A stretch of 64,000 nucleotides of DNA from an uncultured Methanoregulaceae archaeon (GCA_963717525.1 OY970343.1:1120001-1184000), one strand, 5' to 3'. Numbered from the stretch's first letter, positions 1 through 11,559 are shown. Made by a program: numbers and translations. Notes: generated by a model from the sequence alone, not told the origin.

Positions 1-305
1 TGTATTATGGTTATCGAATAAACTAAAGAGAGACAAAGAATAATACGGTTTTCTGTTCTATTTTCCTTTTTTTTACATAAAAGGTAGGGATACACCGTAC
101 CTTAACTTTTTGAGGTCAGTTGTTTACTTCGGAGAAGGAAGGTCTTCTACAAAGCCAATTATTTATTGATTCATGACAAGTGTTTTTGGTCAATTCTGGT
201 TGTATCCATATCGGTACTGTTAGAAGATCCGGTGCGGACATAAAAGTCAGAATCCATATCCTTTGAACCCCCACAACTAACCGGATATTCCGGAACGAGT
301 GCACG

Positions 306-1532
306 ATGAAAACACTGATTGAGCATGCAAGAACAGGGATAATTACCCCACAGGTGCGGCTGGTTGCAGAGAAGGAAGGTGTGAATTCCGCGACCCTCTG
401 CCGGCAGATAGCCGATGGCAGCACGGTGATCATGCAACGCGGTGACCGGCTGGTGGGAATCGGCAGGGGTCTCAGTACCAAGATCAATGTCAATCTCGGT
501 ACTTCTACCGGGAAGGTAAATGTAGGGGATGAGATCAGAAAGGCCCGGATCGCAGAGGAGTTTGGCGCTGACACGATAAGCGATCTCTCGATGGGCGGAG
601 ACATCGATGCAATCCGGGAGGAGATATGTTCTGTTACCACGCTTCCCATTACGACTGTCCCGGTATACCAGGCTGTTGTCGAAAATGGCCTTAAGGAGAT
701 GACTTCCGGCGATATCCTTACGACTCTCCGGAAGCAGGCGGAGACGGGGATAAGTTCAGTTGTTGTCCATTGCGTCAGCAGGGAGATGCTCGACGGATTC
801 CGGAAAAAGAACCGGGTGCTCGGCATGGTATCCAAAGGCGGTTCGATCACCAGCGCATTTATGCTCATTAACCAGTGCGAGAACCCGTTCGTGGAGCATT
901 TTGATGAAGTCCTGTCGATATGCCGGAAGCACGATATTGTCCTTTCACTCGGAAACACCGCACGGAGCGGGTGTATCCATGACCGGAGAGACAAAATGCA
1001 GGTTGCCGAGATCCGCCAGAATATTGTACTCGCACACCGGGCGCTGGAGAGAGGGGTTCAGGTTATCATCGAAGGATGCGGCGGTCATATCCGGAGTGAC
1101 CGTATTCCGTCATATATCAAGTATCAAAAGGGACTTTCCCCATTCCCGCTTTTTGTTGCCGGACCATTGCCCACAGATATTGCCATTGGTTTTGACCATA
1201 TTGCCGGCGCGTGCGGTGGGAGTGCCGCAAGTGCTGCCGGGGCTGATTATCTCTGCTATATTACTCCTGCAGAACACCTCGGCCTTCCCACACCGGCTGC
1301 GGTAAAAGAAGGGCTCATTGCTTTCCGGATTGCAGCCCATATTGGTGATACGGTAAAATACGGCCGTGACGCTCAGGACAAAACCGTCGCTGAACTACGG
1401 GCAGCGCTCGATCGCGAAGGCCAGATCCGGTGTTCCATGGATCCCGGGAGGGCGCGCGAGTTATCTGATGGTGAGGCGGAATGCACAATGTGCGGGGAAT
1501 TCTGTGCGATAAAGATAATGAGGGAGTTCTGA
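306..1532 (+). CDS. thiC: ThiC/BzaF-family radical SAM enzyme (divergent phosphomethylpyrimidine synthase-like)
   Basis: KINVNLGTS, GADTISDLS, LCYITPAEHLGLP and C-terminal CTMCGEFC cluster motif; some active-site motifs altered. Confidence 0.8.
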   Translation: MKTLIEHARTGIITPQVRLVAEKEGVNSATLCRQIADGSTVIMQRGDRLVGIGRGLSTKINVNLGTSTGKVNVGDEIRKARIAEEFGADTISDLSMGGDIDAIREEICSVTTLPITTVPVYQAVVENGLKEMTSGDILTTLRKQAETGISSVVVHCVSREMLDGFRKKNRVLGMVSKGGSITSAFMLINQCENPFVEHFDEVLSICRKHDIVLSLGNTARSGCIHDRRDKMQVAEIRQNIVLAHRALERGVQVIIEGCGGHIRSDRIPSYIKYQKGLSPFPLFVAGPLPTDIAIGFDHIAGACGGSAASAAGADYLCYITPAEHLGLPTPAAVKEGLIAFRIAAHIGDTVKYGRDAQDKTVAELRAALDREGQIRCSMDPGRARELSDGEAECTMCGEFCAIKIMREF

Positions 1533-1788
1533 TAATGCCGCGGATTTCATGACAGGCAGTGGAGTATAAGCCTCAGTTCATCTCTCATTTTTGAAAAGTT
1601 CCATACATCCTAAACCGCGGGAAAAATACAAGCCGCAAACTGGATCCGAGCGATAGGATTTGATAGGTTGAGGGGCTCAATGTCCCGCCCGGTTTCCGGT
1701 TCGATTTTCCAGCGATTCTCTAGGCAGAAATCTCTCTAAAATTTTAGATTTTACATTATTCCTTTAATAGGAATAAAATGAAATTAAG

Positions 1789-1894
1789 GGTTCTGTTACG
1801 TTGTCGGGGCTTCGTCGAGAAAACCCGGGAATATATGAATTTTCACGATGTAAAATTTGTATAAATAATCAAAGTCCCGAGAAGCATCAGGACC
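1789..1894. mobile_element. IS6-end-like palindromic element E1 (MITE-like, degenerate right end)
   Basis: GGTTCTGTTACGTTGTCGGG ... CCCGAGAAGCATCAGGACC. Confidence 0.55.
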
Positions 1895-1924
1895 GGAAAA
1901 AGAATGGAAATTCGGAGGAATGTA

Positions 1925-2479
1925 TTAACTGGAAAAATTCATTTTTTCATAACCGACGAGAGTCAGTTTTTCATTGATTATTTCCTCTTTGAATGGTTTG
2001 TACCCACGCCGGGTATAGAAAGCATTGTTCCTTTTACTTTCCCGACCGGTGAATAATTCAAATCTCTTAACGAGGGGAAAACTTTTTTCAATGCTCGTTA
2101 GAAGTAATGAACCAATCCCACGGTTCTGGTAATCTGGGTGAACTATTAATTTTTTTATTAAGCAGGATCCCTCATGTACTTCCGCTCGAACCGAACCGAC
2201 AATCTGTTTATCGATTTCAGCTTTGAGAAAGTGAGCATGCCGGAATTCATCATGGACTTCAGTAATATCCTGTTTTAACGGAGGAATTGAGTAATCACCG
2301 ATTAGTGCAGCTTCGCTCAGGAATGCAATCTTCTGAAGTTCAAGGATGGATTTGAGGTCGTCGGATACTGCGACAGATATGCAAATATCTTGCACGGTGT
2401 GGATTTTGCTCATGAGGGAACCTGAGGTGAAATTATTTCTTATGTTATCCTGCCATTCATTGATGAAACTATCTGCCAT
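1925..2479 (-). CDS. GNAT family N-acetyltransferase (true start possibly 2413)
   Basis: Acetyl-CoA motif LIVHPDYQNRGIGSLLL; N..FY...GY. Confidence 0.9.
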   Translation of the reverse strand: MADSFINEWQDNIRNNFTSGSLMSKIHTVQDICISVAVSDDLKSILELQKIAFLSEAALIGDYSIPPLKQDITEVHDEFRHAHFLKAEIDKQIVGSVRAEVHEGSCLIKKLIVHPDYQNRGIGSLLLTSIEKSFPLVKRFELFTGRESKRNNAFYTRRGYKPFKEEIINEKLTLVGYEKMNFSS

Positions 2480-2779
2480 GATTTTCTGTTTTTGTAAATT
2501 AAACGAAAACTAGATTTTAGGACGAGAACTATTCGAAATGAATTGGACGACGATCCTTGCATCAGATTTATTCTTATCATTTTACGCGAGGGAGAGTACG
2601 TGTTTTTTACCGACTCTGTTTCAATCGCCATATCCATAATTGCCTTTAATCAACCTGAGGATTAACTCTACTTGGGACGAATAGCAGAGATAAAACCGTA
2701 ATACACATGAATTCGAGTTTTCCCGAAAACTATACGTTATCAAAATATATTATATTTATAATGTACTGGTGGACGTATT

Positions 2780-5345
2780 ATGGTAGAAAAAATTGAAGAT
2801 GGGTCTTTTTCTGAGGAAAATTCAAAATTGAAGCTATTTATTGCATATTCGCATAAAGACAATACCCTTGAAAAAACATTTATTGAAGATTTTAAAACGC
2901 ATATCGCTCCTTTTAAAAACAATTGTTTAGTTGAAGAATGGTACGATCATGAATTATTACCTGGTGATGAATTAGAGAGAATAAATTCCAATTTAGAAAA
3001 TTCGGATATCATTTGTTTATTTCTCTCAGCATATTTTCTGGATTCTCGTGCATGTATGAATGAAAAAAGAAAGGCAATGGAATTTAGAAAAAAGAAGGGC
3101 GTTCAAGTCATGCCAATTATTTTGTCACCATGTGGATGGAAAGAAGATCCTGATATAATCAAATTAAAATCAATGCCAACCGATGGGAAACCAGTCTCAT
3201 CATTTATTGATAAAAATGAAGCTTGGCAGGACGTCTGTGAAGGATTAAAAAAATTGATTGAGCGAGAGACGAGGATAAAGAATCTGACGATAACTGGACA
3301 ATTTAATAAATTTCTATATGATGCAGATTTATTTACAAAAAACCACTCTACTAAAGAAACCGTTTCTTTAAATGACATTTATATTGATACAGAACTTCAG
3401 AAAATTGATAGTTTCAAAAAAATTTCAACTATAATTAATTCTCATGAACTTCTAGATAATCTCTTGTCCGAGAAAAAAATTATTATAGCCGGTGAAAATC
3501 AATCTGGAAAAACAACTCTTTGTAAAAGATTATTTTGCGATTTACGCACTCTAAATTTAATTCCGGTATATGTCTCAGCAGAAAAAATTTCACATCCTGG
3601 TAAGATAGATAATTTTATTGAAAAATCTCTTCATGAACAATATAACAATTTTAACGAGAGTGAACTCAATCGGGAGAAAATAGTTCCAATTATCGATGAC
3701 TTCCATTATGTGGAAGACAAAGAAAAACACATCACGAATTTATTAAAATATTCCTTATGCGTTATCATCGTCGATGAAATTTTCAATATAAATATCAAAG
3801 ATGAAACACTCATCTATTCCTTTACAACTTTCAGAATTAAAGAACTAAAACCGTCAATAAGATATGAGTTGGTAAAAAAATGGGTTGGTTTATCCGATAA
3901 AGGTTTTAGTTACCAAGGTATTGATAATAATGTTGAACTAATAAATAACACTCTAGGAAGAAATATTGGCAAGGGCTTAATACCTGCTTATCCCTTCTTT
4001 ATTTTGTCCACTCTTTTCACCTATGAAACTTTCTTACCGCTTAATCAGGATATTACTTCGCAAGGCCATTGTTATCAAGCGTTCATCTATTATTATTTAG
4101 GAACAAAAAGAGGTGTGAAATTTGATGCAATGGATGTATATTTGAATTTTTTAAGTGAAGTTGCATCTTACATGCATCTAACGAAAAAAAATGAATTGAA
4201 TCCTTATGACTTTTCCAATTTTATGAAAAATTATTCTTCAAAATATAATCTCCCGATTTCACAGGATATTCTTCTTGATAATTTATTCGAAATCTTCTCC
4301 AAAAACAGTTTTAATAATTACAAATTCAAATACCAATGTTTTTATTATTATTTTGTCGCCAAAGCGTTTTCTGATCACGCAGAAGAACCAAAAGAGTGGG
4401 AAAGAATACTAGATATTCTACATAATCTTCAAATTGACGAGAATGCCTATATTACAGTTTTCCTAATTCATCATTCCAAAAAAATCGGAATTTTTGATGA
4501 GATCGAAAGAATTTCATCATCGCTGTTTAGCAATTATCGTCCTGCGACCTTAGATAAAGATGAACTCGGATTTTTCGATGAACAGTCCCACAATATCGTT
4601 AAAGCCGTATTACCTCCGACGAATCATACCCCCGAAATGGAAAGAAATCGAAGATTAAAACTAGAAGATCAAATGGAACAGTCCAGCGATTCCGAAATAG
4701 AACAAGTCAAAGGAAATGGTGCAGCAATCAATGATTTTAGGAAGGCAATAAAAACAGTTGAGGTAATGGGATGCATTATCCGAAACCGTGCAGGTTCTTT
4801 AGAGCGAGATAAGCTGCAAAATATTTTTTTGGACGGTATGAATGTTCATCTTCGATTACTTTCCTCATTTATTAATATAATAAAAGGAGATAATGAGCAA
4901 AAAGAAATTGTTGAATATATCTCAAAAAGATTAAGTCACTTAGATGAGGGGAAGAACCCAAATGAAAAATTAACAGAAGAGAAAAAAAAGAAGTATGCAT
5001 ATAATATTTTTTGGAATGCCAACTTCTTTGTGATTTATGGGATTCTTTATAAAATTGTTCATTCACTTGGTTCTGATAAATTAATTGAAATTTCTAATCA
5101 AATTTGTGAAAATATTGATAATCCTTCATCTATTTTAGTAAAGCATGGAATTCTAATGGGATATGAAAAAAATTTGCAAATTGATGAACTAAATAAACGG
5201 ATTAATGAAAATGATTTTTCAAAGATTCCTAAGAAAGTCGCAGAAATGATTGTAGTAGATTACAGACTCGGTAAATCAGATTACTTATCGTGATAAACAA
5301 CGAATCGAAAATACTTTAAACATATCCAGACATCGATTAAAATAA
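2780..5345 (+). CDS. TIR domain + STAND P-loop NTPase protein, probable antiviral; probable frameshift near 5265
   Basis: TIR: LFIAYSHKD, WYD, LFLSAYFLDSRACMNE; Walker A GENQSGKT; Walker B-like IIDDFH; AT-rich; track ORF ends 5293 but another frame continues NQITYRDKQRIENTLNISRHRLK*. Confidence 0.8.
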
Positions 5346-5411
5346 AAAATTAAAATTACTTTTCCGTCACTTGTTAAAAGATATGTTCGTTTAATTTGCA
5401 TAAAAGAAAAA

Positions 5412-5506
5412 AATTCTGTAGAAAAAAAGTTGTCGTGGCTTTTAGTCCTAGGCAAGTATTGATTACGAAGAGGTCATTTCCGGTTAAGTTCTCGTTAACC
5501 AGAGCT
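5412..5506. mobile_element. IS6-end-like element E2 (degenerate)
   Basis: AATTCTGTAG..GTTGTCG left; TTAAGTTCTCGTTAACCAGAGC right, like the ends of E3/E5/E10. Confidence 0.45.
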
Positions 5507-5514
5507 CATTCAAA

Positions 5515-6477
5515 TCATAATCGTTGAGATCCCTCTATCACATGAACAACAAAGTAAGCCGTATCCCATCCGTTTTCTGCCAGCGTTCGGTTCTGCCGGG
5601 TTACCGATACCATGAAACCATTTATATCACCATACACGCCATTCACCGTCGATATTCCTATTATATTGGGGGACGTATTCACAAAAATCGACCATGTGTT
5701 CACTCCGCAGGAACCCGCTTGAACTTTGGCATCGCTTCCATAAGGATATCCACAGCATCCAAACTGGATGGTCCCCATTTTTCCACAGGGCATCATACAC
5801 ATCGACTCTAAAGAGAGACTGATGTTCTCTCCCGGGGGTATGTTAGTCGTTCCATTGATAAAGAAATCGCCGGTATAACTTTGCACCTCATTCAGGGAAA
5901 TATTTTGATCCGGGAGGGAATCAATCTGAATCCAGGTATTGTTTGTTACGGTTGTAAGATCCTTCGTGTCCTGAACGAGCAGGAGATCAAAACAATCTGT
6001 CCCTGTCGAATATCTGAGGCACACATGGTCATAAGGACTGTCGCCATCCCCATACGGCAAGGTACTGAGATAATTTTCCCAATCCAGCCCTGTCTGGTTT
6101 CCACTGATGGCAACTAAGAACGTTCCGTTTGCATTGACTGGAACTGGCATGGAAGAACCACTTGGGCCCGGCTCCAGTTCAGAATATACAGAAACCTCTA
6201 CTGAAAGATTGGCATTATCGGGAATCGTTCCTTCATAGGTGAATGGGTCACCCTGAATGACACGATATTCCCTGCGTTCGGAGGCCGAGCAAGAAGTCCG
6301 AGCGGGTGACGGTACTGTCGATGTCGTAGTGATTAAAGGTGGGGGTACTGGCGTAGTAACAACCTGTAACGCGTTTGCAGTCGCGTTTTTCATACCCATG
6401 GATGAGATGCAGCCCGATACAAACAAAAATACTGCGAGAATAAGGAAACTCGCATAAAATGTTTGGCGCAAGTGCAT
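5515..6477 (-). CDS. Secreted lipoprotein with S-layer-like Ig repeat
   Basis: Lipobox VSGC, Thr/Pro linker, WIQID...GDFFINGTTNIP motif. Confidence 0.7.
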   Translation of the reverse strand: MHLRQTFYASFLILAVFLFVSGCISSMGMKNATANALQVVTTPVPPPLITTTSTVPSPARTSCSASERREYRVIQGDPFTYEGTIPDNANLSVEVSVYSELEPGPSGSSMPVPVNANGTFLVAISGNQTGLDWENYLSTLPYGDGDSPYDHVCLRYSTGTDCFDLLLVQDTKDLTTVTNNTWIQIDSLPDQNISLNEVQSYTGDFFINGTTNIPPGENISLSLESMCMMPCGKMGTIQFGCCGYPYGSDAKVQAGSCGVNTWSIFVNTSPNIIGISTVNGVYGDINGFMVSVTRQNRTLAENGWDTAYFVVHVIEGSQRL

Positions 6478-6539
6478 AATTTCACCTGGTATATATGAAT
6501 AGTCATTTCTCCCGGTTCTAATAAACTGATTGAATTTTT

Positions 6540-6603
6540 GGCTCTGTAGAATCCTTCACCGAGTTAACAGAGCCTCTTTAAGTCTCGTTAACGCACCAGA
6601 ACC
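6540..6603. mobile_element. IS6-end-like element E3 (35-bp mini palindrome plus an extra end)
   Basis: GGCTCTGT..ACAGAGCC (6540-6574) followed by TTAAGTCTCGTTAACGCACCAGAACC. Confidence 0.6.
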
Positions 6604-6654
6604 TTTGAGAGATAGAAATAAAGATTACCTCGGATATAAACAAAAGTGAATGAT

Positions 6655-7509
6655 ATGAAGTCGAAATTAATATTTTTTGCTTGTTTCGTCCTATTTCTTA
6701 CAGCGATAATAATTGTCCAGTCAGTGAATGCCGATACGATAACCCCCGTTACAACGCCTTATATATCGATCGATCCCATCGGAAACCATACAACTGGCGA
6801 TTCATTCTTTATTAATGGGACAACGAATCTGGCGGCTATCAATGAGTCTCTTGAACTTACAATATTCAATCCTAACCCTGGGGGATATGGATCCTCTTAT
6901 ACGTCTAATGTATCTGTACAACCCGGAGAAAATGGTGTAAATCTTTGGTCTGAGTATATTTCAGCATCTCGATGGACGACTTCCACACGGAGTGGCACCA
7001 GCATTTCTGATTATAATATGCCCGGTCAATATACCGTGCTTGTTCATTCCCCGGATACTATTGCAACAATTTTTTTCTCCATGTTGCCATCAGAAAGCAG
7101 AATCCTTACAAGTTACACGCCACCGGTTGCATCTTTCATAATAACGAATTCCTCCGGAACGGCACCACTGGCAGTCCAATTTACGGATACTTCCGCAAAC
7201 TCCCCGACCTCGTGGCTCTGGTCGTTCGGTGACGGCAGAACATCGAGGTCACAGAACCCCTCACACATCTATACAAATGCCGGGACCTACACGGTAATGC
7301 TTACGGTAACAAATGGGGCAGGCAGCAATACAACCCCCGGGTCCGGCATAATTACGGCGAGCGGAATATCTGCAACAACCACAACGGTATCCCCTGATCA
7401 AGCTCCAATGACCACTCAATCATCTCCGCTTTCTGTGCTGGTATCCATTGCAGCCTTTGTCGGAGTTGTAATCGTTAATGAATGCCTGATAAAAAAGCGA
7501 GGATTATGA
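6655..7509 (+). CDS. Surface protein: S-layer-like Ig domain + PKD domain, C-terminal membrane anchor
   Basis: Signal peptide; PYISIDPIGNHTTGDSFFINGTTNL; PKD motif WLWSFGDG..S..QNPSHIY..AGTYTV; TM + basic tail. Confidence 0.85.
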   Translation: MKSKLIFFACFVLFLTAIIIVQSVNADTITPVTTPYISIDPIGNHTTGDSFFINGTTNLAAINESLELTIFNPNPGGYGSSYTSNVSVQPGENGVNLWSEYISASRWTTSTRSGTSISDYNMPGQYTVLVHSPDTIATIFFSMLPSESRILTSYTPPVASFIITNSSGTAPLAVQFTDTSANSPTSWLWSFGDGRTSRSQNPSHIYTNAGTYTVMLTVTNGAGSNTTPGSGIITASGISATTTTVSPDQAPMTTQSSPLSVLVSIAAFVGVVIVNECLIKKRGL

Positions 7510-8156
7510 TGCCATCAAAAATCAATTCCCTTATTCTTGGTATAATATTGGCCTCGGTAATTATTCCGCTGGTAAGTGCAGAAAATGGAAATGTAACCCT
7601 TGATACAACTCCGTTTATCACAATTGATCCCATCGGGAACCATGCGTTTGACGATGGGTTCTTTATTAACGGAACAACTAACCTGGGGCATTGGGAGAAT
7701 ACGCTTGACCTGGATATCGAATGGTGGGCGTTTAACCCGGCAGGCCGCTGGTCATCCATGTATATTACAAACGCATCCATCCAGTCCGTTGGGAATGGGA
7801 CGGGCATCTGGTCAGCGAAGATCCTACCCGCCCAATGGGAGATGTACACAGATGTGGAGCACCAGACAACCGTATTCCGGGACGTGTACCCGGGTGAATA
7901 CGTAGCGTATGTTTCTTCATCAAGTTCTCTCGGACCTACAGTAATTGCCCAACAGACTTTTTTTATTGTGCCAGATGAAAACAACCGCACTTCCGACACC
8001 TCGTCCACGATACAACCCTCACCTGAAACTGAAGTAGCGAATCCAAGTTTATCACCACTCCGGCAGGACACTCCGCTTCCCGTGACGGTACCGTTTGTTG
8101 CTCTTTTTGCCGTCATAGTCTGCCGGGTCGTGTTGAATGCCAGAAAAAGGAAGTGA
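7482..8156 (+). CDS. Surface protein with S-layer-like Ig domain and C-terminal anchor
   Basis: PFITIDPIGNH..DDGFFINGTTNL; TPLP-TM-RKRK tail. Confidence 0.75.
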   Translation: MPDKKARIMMPSKINSLILGIILASVIIPLVSAENGNVTLDTTPFITIDPIGNHAFDDGFFINGTTNLGHWENTLDLDIEWWAFNPAGRWSSMYITNASIQSVGNGTGIWSAKILPAQWEMYTDVEHQTTVFRDVYPGEYVAYVSSSSSLGPTVIAQQTFFIVPDENNRTSDTSSTIQPSPETEVANPSLSPLRQDTPLPVTVPFVALFAVIVCRVVLNARKRK

Positions 8157-8204
8157 TTTCATGAAGTGCGAAGTAAATCCTCATCTGAAGTCCGAGATCT
8201 GAAC

Positions 8205-8718
8205 ATGATTAACAAAAAATCAGGATTGGTGATTGTCGGAGCGGTCATTCTCATGATGATTCTCGTCAGCCGGCTGTCTCGGGTCCGACACGCAAAATCC
8301 AAAAGCGGGTGCTGGGTCAATACAATGTTCGGAATCGGTGGGATCGGGACAAAATATGATTATTAACGAAACGCAGAGCAACGCCACAATCTGCGCCAAC
8401 CTGAACAGCTCTCTAACAATAAGGTTGACCGATTACACCAGACTCGGATTGAATTGGGCCATAACCGGGACTCCCGGTCTCAAAATAATTGACGATGGTG
8501 TAACCCTTTATTGGTTTGATCAAAACGGCACACCCATGACTGCTTTAGAGGCGAGTAACTATACCGGACCGGGAATGCAAACTGGTGAAAATGTATGGGA
8601 TGTCACCATGGTAAATACCGGCATACAGACCATGAAGGGCGTCCTCATATTTCCAGGAGCACCAGCCGGCGCCCCGGTTAATGATCGGGTGTTTAACTTG
8701 ACAATTGTTGTCGAATAG
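8205..8718 (+). CDS. Chagasin/I42 protease-inhibitor-like lipoprotein, frameshift near 8270
   Basis: Removing one base restores lipobox VSGC in frame with NETQSNATI..LTIRL..G.NW..GLKII..FNLTIVVE. Confidence 0.6.
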
Positions 8719-8915
8719 ATGTTCCCTCATTTTCGTAGTTAGTGAAAACCTTTCTTTTTCGAGTTTTGGTGACGGCTTGCCGGATCGTTAAGTGAAATGA
8801 ATTTTTGCTCCCCAACAGGAAGCACAATCGAACTTTTTCTTATAATAGCCAAAATAATTTTGCATTGTGCCAAAAACTTTATACATTATGCCAAGTATAT
8901 AGTGCATGAGGCCCT

Positions 8916-9773
8916 ATGAAACACAAGACCCTAGTAATGGGCAGCATTGCTGCTGTCGCTATTATTGCCGTCGTTATATGCGTCGGCATGGTTACCGGAT
9001 ATTCGGTATTCAAACAACTCAACACCGTTAAACCGGTAAGCAATGTGAATACTGGAGTCCAGTCAGCCGCTATGGAAAGTACCCCAGTTAATACGCCACC
9101 GTACATCACCATAGATCCCGTTACCGACGAAACAACCGGTGATCTTCTGATTGTTACCGGTTCGACGAATCTTCCGGAAGGAACGGCCCTCATGGTCCAG
9201 ATAAGCGGCACCGGAGGAAATACCGAGGTGAACCAAGGAAGCAACGGGATAAACCGGTATTCGATGCCAATCGACACATCCATCTTAAAACCGGGCACAC
9301 TTAATATCACGGTGTCCCAGATGATCGGTGATCCGGCAAAAGGAAATTATGGGCCGGGGACAGTCAAAGCGACTGCCTCTTTCATGTTGGAAGGTACCTA
9401 CCTTGCAACTGATGCACCAGTCCAGCCGATAATCACCTCAAGTGATTACATCCGATTAAATGCAATCGGCAATCGGTCTGTCGGAGACCAGTTCCTTATT
9501 ACTGGAACTACCAGTCTACCGGTAGGTACCAACATTATGTGGCAGATCATGCCGGATACCGGAACATCCCCCACAGGTGTCAACATGACCGCAAGTGGCG
9601 ACGGTGGAAATAACATGGTAACGAAAGGCAACGGCACCGCAAACCAGGTATCGTTTGCTGCTGACATGAGCCGACAGGTTCCGGGGAAGTGGGTTGTTCT
9701 TGTTGGGGTAGCAAAAGAAGGTGCATTTGCGATGGAAAACCCCATGGCAACCACCTACTTTACTCTGCAATAG
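8916..9773 (+). CDS. Membrane-anchored surface protein, two S-layer-like Ig repeats
   Basis: N-terminal TM; YITIDPV..GD..IVTGSTNLP and IRLNAIG..GDQFLITGTTSLP. Confidence 0.75.
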   Translation: MKHKTLVMGSIAAVAIIAVVICVGMVTGYSVFKQLNTVKPVSNVNTGVQSAAMESTPVNTPPYITIDPVTDETTGDLLIVTGSTNLPEGTALMVQISGTGGNTEVNQGSNGINRYSMPIDTSILKPGTLNITVSQMIGDPAKGNYGPGTVKATASFMLEGTYLATDAPVQPIITSSDYIRLNAIGNRSVGDQFLITGTTSLPVGTNIMWQIMPDTGTSPTGVNMTASGDGGNNMVTKGNGTANQVSFAADMSRQVPGKWVVLVGVAKEGAFAMENPMATTYFTLQ

Positions 9774-9886
9774 GAGGAGGCATGTTAAGGGAACACACCC
9801 ATCCATTTTTTTCGAAAACCGAAATGCTGGATCAAAGATAAAAAATTTTCACTTATTGCACAAAATACGTTACATGTGGCGCGCCT

Positions 9887-10726
9887 ATGAAAAAGAAATA
9901 TCTCACCTATGCCGGTATTGTTTCAGCAATAATACTGGTCGTCATGTTCGCCATTATCCTCCTGACCGGTTTTTTTGCAATCTTCTCAACGGCGACCATC
10001 GATCCCATCCCGGATTATGCTCCAGGAAATCTCGTGGTCATCACAGGGACAACGAATCTCATGGCCGGAACGATGCTGGAATTGGATATTGTTAATCTCT
10101 CATCTTCTTCCGGGACGTACTCCCGTGTCGGGGGAGTGGATGCGTTCATTGTCCGTGGAGGGGGAATCGCGAACAGCTGGTCTGGCGTCCTCGATACCTC
10201 ATCCCTCCCTCCGGGAGAATACCAGGTAAATGCTTACGCGACGAACGGTACCGGTTCCCGGAGTAATCTCCTTGCCACAGCCCGGCTCAGGCTGACAATT
10301 ACCGCCCCAAACCAGAACAAGATCATCTACAATTTTACATCACAAGGACCGGTTGCCGGGCCCTGCAATGTTATCATGATCGATACTTTAGCGGGCACGC
10401 TCACCAACCAGACCTATACGGTCACTGGTACAACCAGCCTCTCCCCTGGTGCACAATTGCTTTTAGAGGTATTTCCCGCAGAGATTGATGTCAACGTGAA
10501 CATGGGAACCGCAGGAATGTCGGGATCCATGTCCGGGGCATCAGATGATGTGGAAGTCGTCCGAGGAACCGGGAACACAAACATCTGGTCCGCAGATCTC
10601 GACCTTTCAAGGTTGCCACCAGATGAATACCTTGTAAATGTTAGCAATGACCGGATCGATAACCGGACCTACTCGAAGATATACGGGGATACCTACTGCT
10701 CACAAAGATTTACCCTTTCAGGTTGA
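9887..10726 (+). CDS. Membrane-anchored surface protein, two S-layer-like Ig repeats
   Basis: N-terminal TM; TIDPIPD..G..VVITGTTNL; LDTSSLPPGEY and LDLSRLPPDEY. Confidence 0.75.
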   Translation: MKKKYLTYAGIVSAIILVVMFAIILLTGFFAIFSTATIDPIPDYAPGNLVVITGTTNLMAGTMLELDIVNLSSSSGTYSRVGGVDAFIVRGGGIANSWSGVLDTSSLPPGEYQVNAYATNGTGSRSNLLATARLRLTITAPNQNKIIYNFTSQGPVAGPCNVIMIDTLAGTLTNQTYTVTGTTSLSPGAQLLLEVFPAEIDVNVNMGTAGMSGSMSGASDDVEVVRGTGNTNIWSADLDLSRLPPDEYLVNVSNDRIDNRTYSKIYGDTYCSQRFTLSG

Positions 10727-10731
10727 TTGTC

Positions 10732-11311
10732 ATGAAACGCCTTACCTATCTTACCTGCACTCTCATCACGGCCTGTATGGTTGCCGCAATGGTCGGGTGG
10801 TCGATGGCAGACCGGTAATTTTCTCGTCACGGTCATCGCCATCCCGCTCGGGATTATCGTTGTCCTCGCCTGCCGTACTCAGGTCGATATCGTTATCGCA
10901 GACGAGCGGGAGAAGAGGATCCGGAGTAAAGCTGCTCTCCGGACACTCGAAGTTGTCATCATCGGAGGGGCGATTGCCGCGATTATTCTGTATTCCTTTG
11001 TGGTGAGTATCCCGCTAACCCCGATAATTACCGGAAAAATATTCATCAATGCCGATGGGACACAATCCATGACAATAGCCGAGTATACGCCGGGGAGTGT
11101 GCCGGGCCCGCAAACCCTTGTCCGACAGACCACCATACAAAACCTGAATGCCATGAATGAGTCCGAGGCAATAACGTACTGTTCCTATGTCCGCGAGGGG
11201 TTTCAGGAAAACGAAAACCGGGGGCTTGTCGGCATGACTATTGGAAGCGTTCTGGTGGTTCTTCTGGCAACATTTGGAGCATTTTATCTCTATTACGATA
11301 AAAAATATTGA
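10732..11311 (+). CDS. DUF2178-like membrane protein, frameshift near 10808
   Basis: MKRLTYLTC start in another frame; DEREKRIRSKAALRTL motif; precedes an XRE regulator. Confidence 0.65.
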
Positions 11312-11327
11312 TTCTCAAAGGCTTGTA

Positions 11328-11552
11328 ATGAAAAACAGGATTAAAGTGCTCCGGGCTGAGCGGGATATGACACAAGAGCAACTCGCAGAGCTCGCCGGAG
11401 TATCACGGAATACCATCATCTCTATGGAGAAGGACAAATATTGCCCCTCGTTAAAACTCGGGTACCGCATTGCCCATGTTTTCGGGGTTGGAATTGATGA
11501 TGTCTTTACCTACGAACCGGATAAGGATGGACCGTCTGGTGATGATGAATAA
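11328..11552 (+). CDS. XRE/Cro family HTH regulator
   Basis: MKNRIKVLRAERDMTQEQLAELAGVSRNTIISME...PSL. Confidence 0.92.
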   Translation: MKNRIKVLRAERDMTQEQLAELAGVSRNTIISMEKDKYCPSLKLGYRIAHVFGVGIDDVFTYEPDKDGPSGDDE

Positions 11553-11559
11553 TCGTTAA

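Noticed and set aside
1..305. TPP riboswitch upstream of the thiC-like gene
   Set aside because: The conserved CTGAGA and GAACCTGA..GTAAT core motifs are not visible.
2440..2637. 65-aa minus-strand ORF upstream of the GNAT gene
   Set aside because: No recognisable motif; overlaps the GNAT ORF; unsupported.
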